NCBI GenBank assembly: GCA_040005235.1
Contig: JBDTZG010000002.1
Location: 32,001 to 96,000, forward strand
DNA: 64,000 bases
Direction: 5' to 3'
From: Acidobacteriota bacterium
Lineage (GTDB): Bacteria > Acidobacteriota > Thermoanaerobaculia > Multivoradales > UBA5704
The notes beneath the pieces are model-generated. The model did not search any database and was not told where the DNA came from. It was given only the letters and a program-made list of their open reading frames with translations. The position numbers were made by a program, and so were the translations under genes. Of the stretch, positions 61,847-64,000 are shown piece by piece; the first letter of the stretch is position 1, and every line of letters starts with the position of its first letter.

Positions 61847-63046
61847 ATGGTAGGCAACGGAGGGACACCGTCTTTGATTCAGAGCCCAGGGGAGAGGTTA
61901 TCCGACTCCAGGCGCATCCGAGTGATCCAGGACTGTTCGGAGATCGCCACAGGAATTTCTGGCGTGAGCGCCCAGAGTCATGAAAGCCTCCTCGTACTCA
62001 GTTGGGAGTTACTCTTCCTTGAGAGACACTTAGAGACCGTGCTTGGGGCCGTCCGCGGACGCGGTGCAGGCGCACGCGTTGGCTTCACCTCGGCGAAGGA
62101 AGCGGGGCTATCTTGGGTGAGCGGAGAGATCCTGGAGCGCATCGAAGCCAACAGCGTCGCTGTGGCGGAACTGGGAGGCGTGGCAGAGCTTCGAAGGGTT
62201 TGGATTGAACGTGCCAAAATAGGTCATTGGGATTCGGAGTGGCGCGAGGTTGGCTTGAGATCAACGGAGTATTTCTCGGACTACGAGATGAACATCCGTT
62301 GTTGGATCCCAGGTTACGAGCACCTCATTGATATGTGTGCGGCTGCCGTTGAAACAGAGCTGCTCACTTTGTTGGTAGCGCACGGAGGCATGCCACGGGT
62401 CCTCGAGGTAGGCTTTGGAACCGGAGCGTTAAGCGCGAAGCTGGTTCATTGGATCGGTCAGGTCAATACTCCCTTTTCATTGTTGGGAAGGCCGTTCCCG
62501 ATTGGCAGATTCATCGGCGTCGATGCTGCGCCGCAAATGCTCTCTAGGATCGAAGAAACCACGATTGGTGGGCCATACTCCGAGGCAGAGTTCTTACATG
62601 GAAAGGCATTCGACGAGATTTCAGAGGAAGTAAGAATGGGCGCACCTTTCGGGGTGATCTGTGGCTCGCTCGTGCTGCATGATATCTTGGGGGAGGAAGC
62701 TAGCAAGACGTTCGGTCGATTTCTTGAAGCAGCGAAGAGCCTACTAACGGACGAAGGGACTCTCGTATTTGCGGATTGCTTTGCAGATAGCAGGCCTGGA
62801 ATCCAGGACCGCCAGGTCCGGAGCTGGTTGGAGTCGATGCTCGGGATTGGGCTGTCGCAGAGCGTTGTCGAGCACTTCCTCTCCTGCAACCCTGAAATGG
62901 TTAACCCGGTGAGCCGACAGCGTGTCTCGGAGGTCGCAGCACGTTTTGGATTTCAACCTCCTGAGTTTCGCGTGTGGGAGGAGGAATCAGGGGCGCAGTC
63001 ACAGGAGTACTTTTCTGTGATGATCCTCCGGCGGTCGGGCTCGTGA
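61847..63046 (+). CDS. Class I SAM-dependent methyltransferase with N-terminal extension
   Basis: IPGYEHL, VLEVGFGTG, GVDAAPQML, SLVLHDI. Confidence 0.82.
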   Translation: MVGNGGTPSLIQSPGERLSDSRRIRVIQDCSEIATGISGVSAQSHESLLVLSWELLFLERHLETVLGAVRGRGAGARVGFTSAKEAGLSWVSGEILERIEANSVAVAELGGVAELRRVWIERAKIGHWDSEWREVGLRSTEYFSDYEMNIRCWIPGYEHLIDMCAAAVETELLTLLVAHGGMPRVLEVGFGTGALSAKLVHWIGQVNTPFSLLGRPFPIGRFIGVDAAPQMLSRIEETTIGGPYSEAEFLHGKAFDEISEEVRMGAPFGVICGSLVLHDILGEEASKTFGRFLEAAKSLLTDEGTLVFADCFADSRPGIQDRQVRSWLESMLGIGLSQSVVEHFLSCNPEMVNPVSRQRVSEVAARFGFQPPEFRVWEEESGAQSQEYFSVMILRRSGS

Positions 63047-63095
63047 GTATCTTGCCGCCTAGTGGCCAGCTGACCTGCCGATACTGGAGCCGGAG

Positions 63096-64000
63096 TTGAA
63101 GCTCATGACGGGCCTTGTCCTACCTGCGCGACCGGTCCACATCGAATTCACGACTCTTTACGGTGCAGCACTAGGCCTTGAGGCTAGTGTGATTCGACGC
63201 GAAGGGCTGCCACTGAGCAGGCTTCTGTCGCTCAGTCAGTTCGTTGAATCACTGGTTGTACATGAGAGACTTCAGTTCGAACTCGCCGAGACCCCGGAAT
63301 GGCGTCCTTATCGTGACTCCCTCAAGCAGACGATGCTCTACGACTTAGTAAAGGACCGGACTCTTCCCCTCAGTCCAACCCCGAGCTTGGCCGATGCGTC
63401 GCCGGAAGCCGTGATTCAAGCTGCATCGTGGGCGATTGAACTTGTGCCGAAGCTTCCTCTTCAAGCACTCGAATGGGCAATCAGATTTAGGCCGGGTACG
63501 TATGACACGGTCTCTATAGTGAAAGATGATCGAAAGAACCCAGTGACGGAGCGATATTTCCACTTGATCCGCCAGTCGGGCGACGCCGACTTGGTGTCTC
63601 GCTTCAACACTGGCGTTCGCTATCTTGGGGCAAATGAGGTAGATCCTTTGGCCCTTTTTGTTCTGATGCGTCTCAGCCTGCTCGAAGGAACGCTTCTAGC
63701 AGCGACCGATGCCAACTATGAACCGCACTATTCAAGGCAACCGCTACTTGTCGCGTCCAATGATCGATCAACTCAGGTGCAAAGTTGGACGATGGAGCAG
63801 CTCGCCGAGAAGCGCGGAGAGCTACTCGAACAAAACGAACCCGGCCGGGCAAAGCACCTTCTGGACTCATACCTTTCGCCGGTTTTCCTCAGCTTGTGTT
63901 TCTTCGGCGCAGACTCCCTACGAGATTCTCACGCGCGCAATCGAACTCCGCGAGTCTAGAGCCGCAAAAGCTTACAGAGCGGAGTGTGGGGATCTTGCGG
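63096..64000 (+). CDS. Hypothetical protein, apparently frameshifted near 63891 and continuing past the window
   Basis: ORF 63096-63959; the +1 frame from 63892 reads ACVSSAQTPYEILTRAIELRESRAAKAYR and is open to the window end. Confidence 0.55.

Overview
High-GC bacterial chromosomal window. The protein families suggest Acidobacteriota, probably Thermoanaerobaculia-like; this is an inference, not a search result. The housekeeping backbone comprises an M1 aminopeptidase, a PTPS/QueD-family enzyme, gabT-gabD, thiolases and crotonases, rplU-rpmA-obgE-nadD-rsfS, a peptide ABC transporter, queA, a fadI-like thiolase, and a complete F0F1 ATP synthase operon. The top candidate for an undescribed system lies at 24.5-30.3 kb: an XRE-HTH+TPR regulator converges on a 101-aa secreted precursor carrying three GCxFDPxGRC cores. 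It is flanked by a truncated regulator paralog and by stand-alone TPR-like genes, an arrangement resembling RRNPP-type peptide signalling in a presumed diderm. Accessory DNA includes three defence-like loci: a nuclease-like+STAND ATPase, a SIR2-like protein, and a DprA+PRTase pair. Four antitoxins persist with their toxins reduced to stubs. Other notable features are two 21-bp tandem arrays, GTAG-type REP palindromes, an internally deleted PilT-like gene, and a ~765-bp duplication of atpD-3'/atpC around a TA-like pair. A lower-GC island at the right end encodes a fused ABC permease-ATPase. All calls come from reading motifs by eye; no database searches were run.
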